A stretch of 63,009 bases of DNA, the filler included, from Octopus bimaculoides (lineage: Eukaryota), in NCBI RefSeq assembly GCF_001194135.2. It is 6 parts of 6 records of this genome, joined end to end, with 100 filler letters (N's around TTAATTAATTAA, not from the genome) between each part and the next. Parts side by side here need not be neighbours in the genome. Positions count along the whole stretch, not along the records: positions 1 to 17,314 come from NC_068988.1; positions 17,415 to 24,911 come from NC_068999.1; 4 more parts are not named here. One strand, 5' to 3'. The stretch's first letter is position 1; every line of letters starts with the position of its first letter. A model generated the notes under the pieces. The model made no database searches and was not told where the DNA came from. It saw only the letters and a list, made by a program, of their open reading frames with translations. The position numbers were made by a program, and so were the translations under genes. Positions 11,240 through 23,461 of this stretch are shown here, piece by piece.

Positions 11240-11483
11240 ATTATTATTATTATTATTACTGTTATTATTATTATTGTGTTAATGTGGTGAACTGGCAGAA
11301 TCGTTAGCATGCTGGGAAAAATACATAGCAGTATTTCATCTCTCTTCGTGCTCTGAGTTCTAATTCTGTCAAGATTGACTTTGCCTTTCATTCTTTTGGG
11401 GTCAGTAAGATAAGTACCAGTTGAACACTGGGGTCAATGTAATTGGCATACCCTTCCCCTTAAATTGCTGGCCTTGTGCCAAA

Positions 11484-11515
<32 letters not shown>

Positions 11516-11820
11516 ACCAAGAAGCTGGCAGGTCATCAGCACACTGGAGAAAGTGCTTTTTTGTAGTATTTTTTCAGGTTTTACATTCCGAGCTCAAATT
11601 CCACCGAGGTTGACTTTGACTTTCATCCTTTTGGGGTCGATAAATTAAGTACCAGTTGCATACTGGGGTCGGTCTAATCAACTGGCCCCCTCCCCAAAAA
11701 TGTCGGGCCTTGTGCCTAGAGTAGAAAAAAATAAAATAAGTACCAGTTACGCACTGGGATTGATGTAATCAACTAGCCCACTCCTACAAAATTTCAGGAC
11801 TTGTGTCTATAGAAGAAAGG

Positions 11821-11876
<56 letters not shown>

Positions 11877-12097
11877 GGCAGTGAGTTGGCGGAATAGTTA
11901 GCACATCAGAGAAAATACTTAGTGGTATTTCTTCCAGCTCTTTACATACTGAGTTCAAATCCTCTCATGGTCAACTTTGCCTTTCATCCTTCGGGGTTAA
12001 TAAAATAAAATATCAGTCAAGTACTGAGATCAATATAATTAATTTAGCCCCACCTTCTCTCAAAATTGTTGGCTTTGTGCCAAAACTAGAAAGCATA

Positions 12098-12143
<46 letters not shown>

Positions 12144-13443
12144 CTTCTATTTGGTGACAAGCTTGCAGAACCATTAGCACACTGGCCAAAATGTTTAGCA
12201 GCATTTTGATCATCCTTACGTTCTGAATTCAAATGCCATCAAGGTTGACTTTGCCTTTCCTCATTTCAGGGTTGATAAAACAAGTACCAGTTGACCACTG
12301 GGGTTGATGTAATCGACTTGCCCCTCACCTCAAAAACTGCCGGCTCAAAACCATTATTGTATTTTTCTAATTTCTTGTTTTTCTTCTTTTCTTTTTGTAT
12401 ATAGTTTTCTGTAAAACCCCTACTTTGTTTTATTATCCTTTACATTTTGTCTTTGAGAGCTTGTAGCAAATGAAGACCTTATTAATTACAATTATTTGAC
12501 ACCTCTCACCTGACAATGGGTGATCTTTGCTTTACCTTTTTCATGGTACTGAGGTTTGGTGGGGAAACAGGAATTAATATAAATACCAAAAACATTCTAT
12601 GTCCCCCTCCTCTAAATATGACTTTCTGCTTACTTTTAGAAATCAAAATTACCATTATCATTATTATTGCTGGCCTTGTGCCAAAATTTGAAACCACTAT
12701 TATTATTATTATTACCTCCACCTTAGCAAAAGCGAAGGTATTGTTTTCAGGCATATTTGTCCATGGACAAGATATCTCAAGAACCGCTGGATTGATATGG
12801 ATGAAACTTTCAGGGATGTTTGGCCTTGTGACTGGCATTAACTGATTAGACTTTGGGATCGATTTGGTATTGGACAAGGATCCCAGATTATTTTTCCAGT
12901 TTTTTTACTTAATTTTTGAGAGCAGTTGGGTTTATTATTAGTATTCTCATTCGCGAGAGCAGTCAAGTTTATTTCAGATATTCTCATTTTAAAAATCATC
13001 TCCAGCTAATCGTTGAGAGGATGTTGGTGTTGTCTTGGCAGAGGTTTGCGCTCTCTGTGTGCTCTTGTTATTATTATTATAGGTGGTGAGCTGGCAGAAT
13101 CATTAGCATGCTTACAGAATGCTTAGTGGCATTTTATCTGTCTATGTTCAAATTTTACGGTGGGTGATTTTGCCCTTCATCTTTTTGGAGTTAATAAAAT
13201 AAGTAGGAGTTGAAAACTGGGGTTAATGAAGTTGACTTGCTCCTCCTCTGAAATTTCTAACCTTATGTGAAAAGTTGAAATCATTGTCATAGTTATTACT
13301 TAAGGTGAGCCCACTATAGTCGGCTTTGCCTTTCATCCTTTCGGAGTTGATAAATTAAGTACCAGTGAAACACTGGGGTCAATGTAATCGACTAGTCCTA
13401 TCCCACAAAATTTCATGCCTTGTGCTTTTAATAGAAAGGATTA
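11240..13443 (+). mobile_element. Head-to-tail array of family-B SINEs separated by (ATT)n
   Basis: Copies start at about 11288, 11520, 11877, 12155 and 13081, with partial copies at about 11730, 12640 and 13310. All are on the + strand and most are preceded by (ATT)n. Confidence 0.9.
12712..13069 (+). mobile_element. Helentron-associated non-autonomous element (HINE/DINE-1-like)
   Basis: 5' TTACCTCCACC and 3' subterminal inverted TTGGCAGAGGT (13035-13045), then a short GCGC-tctctgt-GTGC stem-loop and a T-rich end. Inserted in TT within (ATT)n. Confidence 0.7.
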
Positions 13444-13769
13444 TTAAAATTTAAGGCAGCATATATATAAATATATATGTGTGTATGTATGTATGTGTGT
13501 GTGTGTTTATATGCATTAATGTTTGTATCAGAACAGTCTTAAGACATGGGTACACAAGGCAGTTACCCAGAGGCCTCATAGGTCTAGCAACCCAATTCTA
13601 ATCTATGCCTGCTGTGGCTTGCCATCAATAAATAAATAGTATAAGGCCCAAAAGGGCATTGATTTGCTTGTATTGGCCCACAGTGGTGCTAAGATGGTCC
13701 TAGTTTGTGTGTGTATACACACACACACATGCAATTTGTGTGTTTATGCACGTGACATATACATAAGCA

Positions 13770-14000
<231 letters not shown>

Positions 14001-14065
14001 ATTTTTCCAATGTGTCACCCATAATTTAATGCACTTTGATATAAATGGAATTGTATGTGAAAATT

Positions 14066-14104
<39 letters not shown>

Positions 14105-14114
14105 ACTGCTGATG

Positions 14115-14796
14115 TTATTGCTGTTGTGTTTAGCTTTGATGTTTCTCCTTTGATGATTGGGTACCAACAGTGGCAATAGATTGTGGTGGCGATGGTAGTA
14201 GGAGGAGGNNNNNNNNNNNNNNNNNNNNNNNNNNNNNNNNNNNNNNNNNNNNNNNNNNNNNNNNNNNNNNNNNNNNNNNNNNNNNNNNNNNNNNNNNNNN
14301 NNNNNNNNNNNNNNNNNNNNNNNNNNNNNNNNNNNNNNNNNNNNNNNNNNNNNNNNNNNNNNNNNNNNNNNNNNNNNNNNNNNNNNNNNNNNNNNNNNNN
14401 NNNNNNNNNNNNNNNNNNNNNNNNNNNNNNNNNNNNNNNNNNNNNNNNNNNNNNNNNNNNNNNNNNNNNNNNNNNNNNNNNNNNNNNNNNNNAATAATAA
14501 TAATAATGATAATAATAATAATAATGATAATGAGAGGATTTCAATTTAAATGAATAACATATTAAAGCTTTTAAAAAAAAAGGTGGGGAAGGTTTTGCTT
14601 TTTTATTTTTCCTTTTTTCTAACTTGATAATAGATTAAATTTGATTAACTAAGTAATAAACGACGAATAAGATTGGGAGATGTTAAAGAAAAATTCATGA
14701 ATATGATTTTATAATTATATTGCAAATTTTGATAAATAATATTTAGAAATTAATTTGAAGGAATGAAAATAATGAAAGAGAGGGAAAGAGTATATG

Positions 14797-14851
<55 letters not shown>

Positions 14852-15479
14852 ACATGCTTTTGTGAGGGGTAGGTTGTGTGTGTCTACATGTATGTATGAA
14901 TCTATATGAGTGTTTTTATGCCCTGTAAATATGTTCATGTATGCTTATATGTCTGTGTATATTTATGTGTACTTTTATGTCGTATGTATGTATGTCTGCA
15001 CGTTTTTGTGTCTGTGTGGATATGTATATGTGTATTTTCTTCTTTGTCTGTGCTTGTAATTGTGAGGTATGGTAAAATGGAAGAGTGTCTTCTTGTACAA
15101 AAACCATAGTAGATATAGAATCTAATCTGCAGGAATGTCTTTTGAAAGAGTAAAGCTTTAAATATTTCTTTGCGAGTGATCAAGTATAGAATAATTTAAT
15201 TCTGTAGTATTTCTTATGACAGTAACATGAGAAAGATGTGAGCATGTATATGTCTCTCTATCTCTCTCTCTCTCTCTCTCTCCATATATATATATATATA
15301 NNNNNNNNNNTTATTGCTGTTGTGTTTAGCTTTGATGTTTCTCCTTTGATGATTGGGTACCAACAGTGGCAATAGATTGTGGTGGCGATGGTAGTAGGAG
15401 GAGGAGGAAAAATACCCAATACCCTTTGTGACTACCACATTGTTTAACTTTTATTTAGAAGCTAATGATGACGATGGTG

Positions 15480-15520
<41 letters not shown>

Positions 15521-15814
15521 TAATAATAATAATAATGATAATGAGAGGATTTCAATTTAAATGAATAACATATTAAAGCTTTTAAAAAAAAAGGTGGGGA
15601 AGGTTTTGCTTTTTTATTTTTCCTTTTTTCTAACTTGATAATAGATTAAATTTGATTAACTAAGTAATAAACGACGAATAAGATTGGGAGATGTTAAAGA
15701 AAAATTCATGAATATGATTTTATAATTATATTGCAAATTTTGATAAATAATATTTAGAAATTAATTTGAAGGAATGAAAATAATGAAAGAGAGGGAAAGA
15801 GTATATGTATGTGT
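14115..15814. other. Redundant assembly duplication around gaps
   Basis: 14115-14208 = 15311-15404 and 14532-14803 = 15543-15814. Both look identical by eye and each abuts N gaps. Confidence 0.8.
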
Positions 15815-16877
15815 NNNNNNNNNNNNNNNNNNNNNNNNNNNNNNNNNNNNNNNNNNNNNNNNNNNNNNNNNNNNNNNNNNNNNNNNNNNNNNNNNNNNNN
15901 NNNNNNNNNNNNNNNNNNNNNNNNNNNNNNNNNNNNNNNNNNNNNNNNNNNNNNNNNNNNNNNNNNNNNNNNNNNNNNNNNNNNNNNNNNNNNNNNNNNN
16001 NNNNNNNNNNNNNNNNNNNNNNNNNNNNNNNNNNNNNNNNNNNNNNNNNNNNNNNNNNNNNNNNNNNNNNNNNNNNNNNNNNNNNNNNNNNNNNNNNNNN
16101 NNNNNNNNNNNNNNNNNNNNNNNNNNNNNNNNNNNNNNNNNNNNNNNNNNNNNNNNNNNNNNNNNNNNNNNNNNNNNNNNNNNNNNNNNNNNNNNNNNNN
16201 NNNNNNNNNNNNNNNNNNNNNNNNNNNNNNNNNNNNNNNNNNNNNNNNNNNNNNNNNNNNNNNNNNNNNNNNNNNNNNNNNNNNNNNNNNNNNNNNNNNN
16301 NNNNNNNNNNNNNNNNNNNNNNNNNNNNNNNNNNNNNNNNNNNNNNNNNNNNNNNNNNNNNNNNNNNNNNNNNNNNNNNNAAAAAGGGGGGGGTGGTATG
16401 ATTGTGTATAGAGGAATATATTATTTTGTTTAAAAGAGTTCCAACACTGTCTGTTTTTTATGTCTTATTTATATTCCTGCAAAACCAATGTGGGATATAG
16501 AATATGGAATATACAATATATAATATAATATACAATATATAACATAATATACAATATATAATATAAAATAAAAATGGATGGTACTATGAAATAAAGTATT
16601 GAATGTCTTATTGAATATATGAAATATGTCTTATTGAATAGATGGAATATTGAGTGTTCAATATAAAGGATTAAATATATAAAGGCATACATACTTAGAC
16701 ATGTACCTTATAATACAAGAAAATCCAAGATCTAAGAATGGTGTATGGAATAGCACTACTCATATGGTAAAGTAATAAAAGTTACTTACAGACTTAACCA
16801 AACTTCTGTTGGTGCATTTTTCTTCCATACAAAAAAGCACATATATGTGTTTATATATATATATATGTGTGTGTTTT

Positions 16878-16913
<36 letters not shown>

Positions 16914-17303
16914 GGTGCAGGCATGGCTGTGGGATAAGAAGCTTACTTACCAACCACATGGTTCTAGGTTCAGTCCCACTGCATTGCACCTTGGACAAGT
17001 CTTTTGCTACAGTTTTAAGCCAACTAAAGCCTTGTGAGTGGATTTAGTAGATGGAAACTGATAGAAGCCCTTCATATATGTGTGTGTATGTGTATGTGTC
17101 TTTCTATCTGTGTTTGTTTCCCCACTGCCACTTGACAAATGATGTTGGTGTGTTTATATTGCTATTACTTAGCAGTTCAGCAAAAGACACCAAATAAGTA
17201 ACAGGATTAACAAAAGTACTGGGGTCGATTCATTTGTAGACAAATTGTTCAAGTTGGTGCCCCGGCATGGCCGCAGTCTAACAATTGAAACAACTGAAAC
17301 AAG
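16914..17303 (+). mobile_element. Family A SINE (near full length)
   Basis: ggtgcaggcatggctgtggg...ggttcagtcccactg...ggggtcgatt...gcatggccgcagtc. Confidence 0.9.
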
Positions 17304-17314
17304 TTATATATATA

Positions 17315-17414
17315 NNNNNNNNNNNNNNNNNNNNNNNNNNNNNNNNNNNNNNNNNNNNTTAATTAATTAANNNNNNNNNNNNNNNNNNNNNNNNNNNNNN
17401 NNNNNNNNNNNNNN
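17315..17414. other. Artificial scaffold-joining spacer
   Basis: 44 N + TTAATTAATTAA (17359-17370, stops in all six frames) + 44 N, exactly 100 bp. Confidence 0.95.
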
Positions 17415-17439
17415 ATATATATATATATATATATATATA

Positions 17440-17878
17440 CAGGTCGTCGTCGACTTACGACCTATCCGATTTACGACCTATCCGGCCTATGACCACTGGC
17501 GCGCCAGCTCCCGGCAGCAATAATAAACAGTCCAGTTGAAATCTAATGGGTTCAATTGCTTAGAAATTAACCCATCTACGGATGATGTCAGCTAACAAAC
17601 TCTTCCCTAGATATGGTTATCGATCACCACTGTGTTGGATGACTATCCTGTTGCGGAGACATCGAGGCAACCTCGTATTTGTTTATAAGACGACTGCTTG
17701 AAACCCCGAAATTTTTTACTAACACCAGTATAATAGTATAATACAGAATGCTGTGTGACTTTTACTCGAGAATGTACCTTAAGAATGCAAAAATATAAAA
17801 CGCTATGTAGGCCTATAGGCCGACTTATGACCAGTCTGTCGGAATCAATTGTGGTCGTAAGTCGTCGACGACGACCTG
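17440..17878. mobile_element. pogo/Tigger-like MITE
   Basis: TA|CAGGTCGTCGTCGACTTACGACC ... GGTCGTAAGTCGTCGACGACGACCTG|TA. TA target sites at 17438-17439 and 17879-17880. Subterminal GA(C/T)TTA(C/T)GACC repeats. Confidence 0.85.
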
Positions 17879-18952
17879 TAAATATATCTATAGGTATATA
17901 TATACATATGCGGATTATGTATAAATGAAAGTATCTATCTCCCCCCCCCTCTCTCTCTCTCTCTGTATACACACATACAAACATACACACATACATACAT
18001 ACATACATACAAACATACATACATACATACATACATATATACATACACACGTACACAAAAGTATCTAAGGGTGTATTTGTTTATACATGTACACATACAG
18101 AAACATAAATAAAACATATAATAATAATAATAAAAATACGACAAAAAATAAACTATAAGAGCCATACATAGCCAGCCGCAAGAATAGGTTTCTGTTGACC
18201 TCTGAACACACTTTGCAGAACATACAGACGCATGCGTCATTTTAAACGCACGCACGCACGCACGCACAGACACACACACACAGATACACATGCACACAGG
18301 CTCATACACAGGCATAGAAAGAGAACCGATTGAGCCACCCTTTGCCGCCCTTTGCCGGCTTTTGCCGGCTTTTGCCGTCTGTCGATGGGTGTGTTCCAGA
18401 ATATTCACAGTTTTAATGTCAACACATGCAGACGAGGAGACCCGAAACTTAAAAGTTGAATGTCTAACATCTTCACTGAGGCTGTTTATGTTTCAAATAT
18501 TACAAGATAAACAGATATTACTGACGCGCCTCAAGGAATTTTAGCATCGCATTTTTGTTTTGTTTTGTTTTGGCTTTTTTTTTGTATTTTGCCTTTGTCT
18601 TGTTTTTGTTTTTGGTTTTGGTTTTTTTTTGTTTTGGGTTTTGTTTTTGTCTTTTGTTTTGTTTTGTTTTTCTCTCTTCATTTAATGAAAGCTTTCGCAG
18701 CGGTTCTTAATGGTTTCTCTTGAAAGTGAAATTATTGCACGAGTTACCGAATGAGCCGAGGTTAGAGAGAAAGGATAGAAGGATGGAAAGAAGGAAGGAA
18801 GGCAGACAGGCAGGCAGGCAGGCAGGCAGGCAAGCAGACAGGCAGGAAGAGAGAGAGGGGAGAGTGTGGATGAAAGAAGGAGTTAAGAGTTGAGTGGGAG
18901 AAATAAGGAGATACATAAATGAGAGATAGGGAGGAGAGTGAGAGAGAAGGGA

Positions 18953-19165
18953 AGGAGTGAGAGAGAAGGAGAGAAAGAGAGTGAGAGAGAAGGAGAGAAA
19001 GAGAGTGAGAGAGAAGGAGAGAAAGAGAGTGAGAGAGAAGGAGTGAAAGAGAGTGAGAGAGAAGGAGAGAAAGAGAGTGAGAGAGAAGGAGAGAAAGAGA
19101 GTGAGAGAGAAGGAGAGAAAGAGAGTGAGAGAGAAGGAGAGAAAGAGAGTGAGAGAAAAGAGAAG
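18953..19165 (+). repeat. 24-bp purine minisatellite (GAGAGAGAAGGAGAGAAAGAGAGT)n, about 8-9 copies
   Basis: Direct tandem repeat; explains the EREGEKES ORF. Confidence 0.9.
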
Positions 19166-19214
19166 GGGTGAGAGAGAGGTAAAATAAGGAGAATATATAT
19201 TGATTTTAAATTTT

Positions 19215-19632
19215 AGCTCAAGGCCAGCAATTTCGTGGGAGGGTGTAAGTCGGTCACATCGAGCCCAGCATACAACTGGTACTTATTTTATCGACCTCAT
19301 GAATGAATGAGAGGCAAAGTCGGTGGAATTTGAACTCAGAACGTAAAGACGGACGAAACGCCGCTAAGCGTTTCGTCCGGCGTGCTAACCATTCTGCAAG
19401 CTCGTCGCCTTAAATATTCTTTTCTACTCTAGGCACAAGGCCCGAAATTTGGTGGGAGGGGGGCCAGTCGATTAGATCGACCCTAGTACGCTACTGGTAC
19501 TTAATTTATCGACCTCGAAATGATGAAAGCAAAGTCGACCTCTGCTGAATTTGAACTCAGAACGTAAAAACAAACAAAATACTGCTAAGCATTTTTATCC
19601 AGCCTGCTAACGATTCTGCCAGCTCGCCGCCA
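19215..19632 (-). mobile_element. Two tandem family-B SINE copies
   Basis: Each ends on the + strand in gctcgtcgcc / gctcgccgcc (reverse complement of the ggcggcgagc head) and contains gaatttgaactcagaacgtaaa. Confidence 0.9.
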
Positions 19633-19744
19633 TAACTACATAATATTGTTATGAATGCACCATGTTGCCATGAATACCATCAACCAATTTTCGGTTCTTT
19701 ATATTATTTATTAGTCTGACTATAAAGTGTAGCCCTGTTGGTCT

Positions 19745-20170
19745 CTGTAGTGGTTTCTACGCTGATGAGATTGATTCGACTAATGTTCCGTTTGCACATC
19801 AATAGGTCGATGTCAGCAGAAACATCGTAGGTGAAAGAGAATTCCAGACAATTGCAATTATAAAGAGAACCGATTGTGCACAATGTTTGGTGTAGAATTC
19901 GGCGTGAAGCCAGACGCATTAAGGATAACGAGAATTATGGATGAGAGACTAGGATGCCGGATGAATGTGTCTGTTTGGATGGTCGATGTAGAACGGTGGT
20001 TCAGGAGATCGGAGGTCAGTTTAGAGGAGATAGAAAGCAAAGGCTGTAGGAGGAAAATGCGCATGAGTAAAACTATTGGCCAATGAATCCAGTAGAATGG
20101 AAGATGTCTAAGATATTTAGACGTGTAGCAATAGCGCCGTTGCGGTTACGTGAGCAGTATTGTCCGGTAA
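19745..20170 (-). pseudogene. CR1/L2-clade LINE ORF2 C-terminal relic
   Basis: Minus-strand frames give HCAQSVLF..IVWNSLSP and, after a frameshift, DIDLLMCKRNISRINL, resembling the CR1-type '...LWNSLP...DL..FKRNIN.LNL' end. Confidence 0.55.
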
Positions 20171-20329
20171 TTGATATAATCCATATCAATCAAAGATCCA
20201 AAGAGACTAGTCTAGTAGTGGTTGTCTATGTTGGGAAGAGTTAATTTTAGCTACACAGAGATACGGACACACAGACACGTGTATACCTCTCCACACATGT
20301 AAAGTGTATATATATATACACTGAAAAAA

Positions 20330-20470
20330 ACAACAGACGAAGACAGGTGGTGTAAACAACAAATGGATGTATTAGTATAACGCTCGGGAATAGAGAAAGT
20401 CTTTGACGTTTCGAGGCTACGCTCTTCAACTGAAAGGAACAGAGAAAGAAACAAGGAGAGAAACAAGGAG
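20330..20470 (-). mobile_element. Penelope-type terminal repeat with hammerhead-like motif
   Basis: Reverse complement of 20401-20436: CTTT-CAGTTGA-A-GAG cgtagc CTC-GAAAC-GTC-AAAG. Confidence 0.6.
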
Positions 20471-20499
20471 AAGACAAATATAAATGTAGTGGTCAGCGA

Positions 20500-20534
<35 letters not shown>

Positions 20535-20690
20535 AAAAAAAATGTCAAGGTAGAAAATGGTAAAATACTTTAATAAAAAAACATTTGAGCACCGGTTTCG
20601 ATCCTTTAGATCTTTTCAACTGTAAATAAGGATAACAAATTTTGGAAAAATTAAATTTTGGCAAATTTAAATGAAAAGTCTTTTTAAAAA
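20535..20690 (-). mobile_element. Second Penelope-type terminus with degenerate hammerhead-like motif
   Basis: Reverse complement of 20587-20622: CAG-TTGAAAA-GATC taaag GATC-GAAA-CCGG-TG-CTC. Confidence 0.4.
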
Positions 20691-20795
20691 CATATTTGTA
20701 TAGTATTCAAATATCAGGGGCATTTTCCTTGTTTCTGTCTGTCTCTGTTTCTCTTGTTAACTCTTGCGGGTTCGAGGTCGTGGTGAATTCTTGGC

Positions 20796-20796
<1 letters not shown>

Positions 20797-20826
<30 letters not shown>

Positions 20827-20898
20827 AAGAAGAAGAAGAAGAAGAAGAAGAAGAAGAAGAAGAAGAAGAAGAAGAAGAAGAAGAAGAAGAAGAAGAAG
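20797..20898 (+). repeat. (AAG)n microsatellite, about 34 units
   Basis: Direct observation. Confidence 0.97.
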
Positions 20899-21944
20899 CG
20901 ATTGCAAGCTGAACAGTCGGCCGAGATAACTGTCATGAATAATATAGCGTCGCACGACTTCCGTAATAAACTCTCTTAAACTACAAACATACATTCATAC
21001 CGTATTACTAGTCATAAATAGATCGTGAATACATTATAAATTCAGTTAAGATGTTAACAGAAACAGCAACACACACTGTATGTTTGTTAGCACCAATTTG
21101 AATTGGGGGAAAGAGAAACGAACCCAGCAGACAGGAATCAAATTACTCGTCTTTCATTCATACAGTAAACATGCTGCTTTTTTTGTTAGAATATATATAT
21201 GTGTGTGTGTGCGTGTGCGTAGGGGTGTGTGTGTCTGTCTGTCTGTATGCGCGTATGTGTGCTGCATTCGTGTGTGTGTATATATATATATATATATAAC
21301 AATTAGAAAATTTTTACCCGCTCCCATTGATTGCACTTAGTATAGCACTAGTGTAGCAATAATTGGGTACCCTCCCAGCAGTATACTGGATAGATACTAT
21401 CCCTTAGTGGGTTGAACCCCCAACCCCTAACTCTCTCACGTTATATATATATACGATGGTCTTGCACACAGTTTCCGTCTATCAAATTCACTATGAAGGC
21501 ATTNNNNNNNNNNNNNNNNNNNNNNNNNNNNNNNNNNNNNNNNNNNNNNNNNNNNNNNNNNNNNNNNNNNNNNNNNNNNNNNNNNNNNNNNNNNNNNNNN
21601 NNNNNNNNNNNNNNNNNNNNNNNNNNNNNNNNNNNNNNNNNNNNNNNNNNNNNNNNNNNNNNNNNNNNNNNNNNNNNNNNNNNNNNNNNNNNNNNNNNNN
21701 NNNNNNNNNNNNNNNNNNNNNNNNNNNNNNNNNNNNNNNNNNNNNNNNNNNNNNNNNNNNNNNNNNNNNNNNNNNNNNNNNNNNNNNNNNNNNNNNNNNN
21801 NNNNNNNNNNNNNNNNNNNNNNNNNNNNNNNNNNNNNNNNNNNNNNNNNNNNNNNNNNNNNNNNNNNNNNNNNNNNNNNNNNNNNNNNNNNNNNNNNNNN
21901 NNNNNNNNNNNNNNNNNNNNNNNNNNNNNNNNNNNNNNNNNNNA

Positions 21945-22050
21945 CACGTGTCTGTGGAGTGCTCAGCCACTTGCACGTTAATTTCATGAGCATGCTGTTC
22001 CGTTGATCGGATCAACTGGAACCCTCGTCGTCGTAACCGACGGAGTGCCG
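21945..22050 (+). mobile_element. SINE family E, 3' part
   Basis: acacgtgtctgtggagtgctcagccacttgcacgttaattt...gtcgtaaccgacggagtgcc, shared with 54125-54232. Confidence 0.85.
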
Positions 22051-22059
22051 TAGTAGTAA

Positions 22060-22060
22060 A

Positions 22061-22105
<45 letters not shown>

Positions 22106-22470
22106 CTGTGTTTGTCCCCCGATGCTTGACGACCGATTCTGGTCTCCGTAACTTAGTGGTTCGGCAAAGACACTGATAGAATAAGTACTAGACTTACAAA
22201 GAATCAGTCCTGGGGCCGATTTGCTCGACTAAAGGTGATGCTCCAGCATGGCCGAAGTCAAATGACTCAAACAAATTAAAGAATAAAAGAAAATAATATT
22301 TATATATATATACGATGGTCTTGCACACAGTTTCCGTCTATCAAATTCACTATGAAGGCATTTGGTTGGCCCGGGACTATGGTAGAAAAAAACTTGTCCA
22401 AGGTGCTGTGAACTGGTATTGAACCTGAAACTTTGTAGATGCAAAGCGAGCTTCTTAACCACACAGTCGT
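22060..22470. mobile_element. Family A SINE 3' half (+, 22060-22292) abutting a family A 5' half (-, 22310-22470)
   Basis: gtctgtgtttgtcccc...gcatggccgaagtcaaatgactc, then cagtttccgtctatcaaattcac...caaggtgc...cttaaccacacagtc. Confidence 0.85.
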
Positions 22471-23043
22471 GTCCGTAACTTGGCAAATTAATAAATGTTG
22501 CAAAGGGAACGGACACAATCAGCGCAACTTCTTCACATCGACGAAAACCATAAACCTCAACATATATTTATGGACCATAAAAATTCACGAACGAGGCAAC
22601 TGTCTCAGCCACAATTCACAAATAGAAAAAACACCAACGTGTAAAACAAGTAGATAACGCTATCAAGCAAAAGAGACCCAATAAGCAAGTAATCTACTTA
22701 AAACATAGAAAGCCTTTTTAACTAAAGACCCAGTGATAAAAAAAACCCTTAATAAAATTATATCAGACAACCAAAACACGTATTAATAAAACTAACTCCT
22801 ATATCAGCTGCGTATTATCCAGTGGAAACTACTGTTTCAATCGTACATTCAAACTACCTTTTCGTTGTTAACAATGCATGTGATACAAAAATAAAGATGG
22901 AGTAACTATGTGTTCTCCATTAGGGCTAACATTTGCAGATGCCGATTTGTTGAATGATATAGTTATTGTAGTGGAATGATTGGAAGATGTCGAGGGATTA
23001 AAAGAGGAAGAGGAAAACAACTTCCTCCTAAAATTCAGCTCTT

Positions 23044-23215
23044 GGGCGTGGCTGTGAGGTAAAAACCTTGCTTCGCAACCAAATAGTTTCGGGTTAAGTT
23101 CCTCAGCGTGAAACCTTGAGCAAGTGTCTTCTACTATAACCTCGGGTCGACCAAGGCTTTGTGAGTGGATGTGGTAGGCAGAAACTGAAAGAGAGCCGTG
23201 GTATATATATGCGTG
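23044..23215 (+). mobile_element. Family A SINE 5' half (degenerate)
   Basis: ggcgtggctgtgaggtaa...gagcaagtgtcttctactataacctcgggtcgaccaagg. Confidence 0.75.
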
Positions 23216-23461
23216 TGTGTGTAGTAATGAGAAGGATATCTTTTCCTGTAATCAGCATCAGGTTTTCCAATATCTAATTCAATGCGGATATACATACATG
23301 CGCGCATATGGTGAAATTAATAGTTATAATGAAAAGGCGGAACATCCCGCTTCTAATAAAATCATACATGCACGCATACATGAATTCAAAGGTGCACATA
23401 ATACATACACACACGTACGTACATATACATATATGTGTATGTATGTATGTATGTATGTATG

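Noticed and set aside
17359-17370. TTAATTAATTAA as a regulatory or homeodomain site
   Set aside because: Synthetic linker inside N spacers.
18429-18455. CAGACGA-GG agac CC-GAAAC hammerhead-like string
   Set aside because: No stem I or palindromic stem III, plus a core mismatch; likely chance.
18938-19171. EREGEKES repeat protein or CRISPR-like array
   Set aside because: Pure 24-bp purine minisatellite without spacers, in eukaryotic context.
20696-20994. Poly-K/poly-R/poly-L ORFs
   Set aside because: (AAG)n microsatellite read in different frames.
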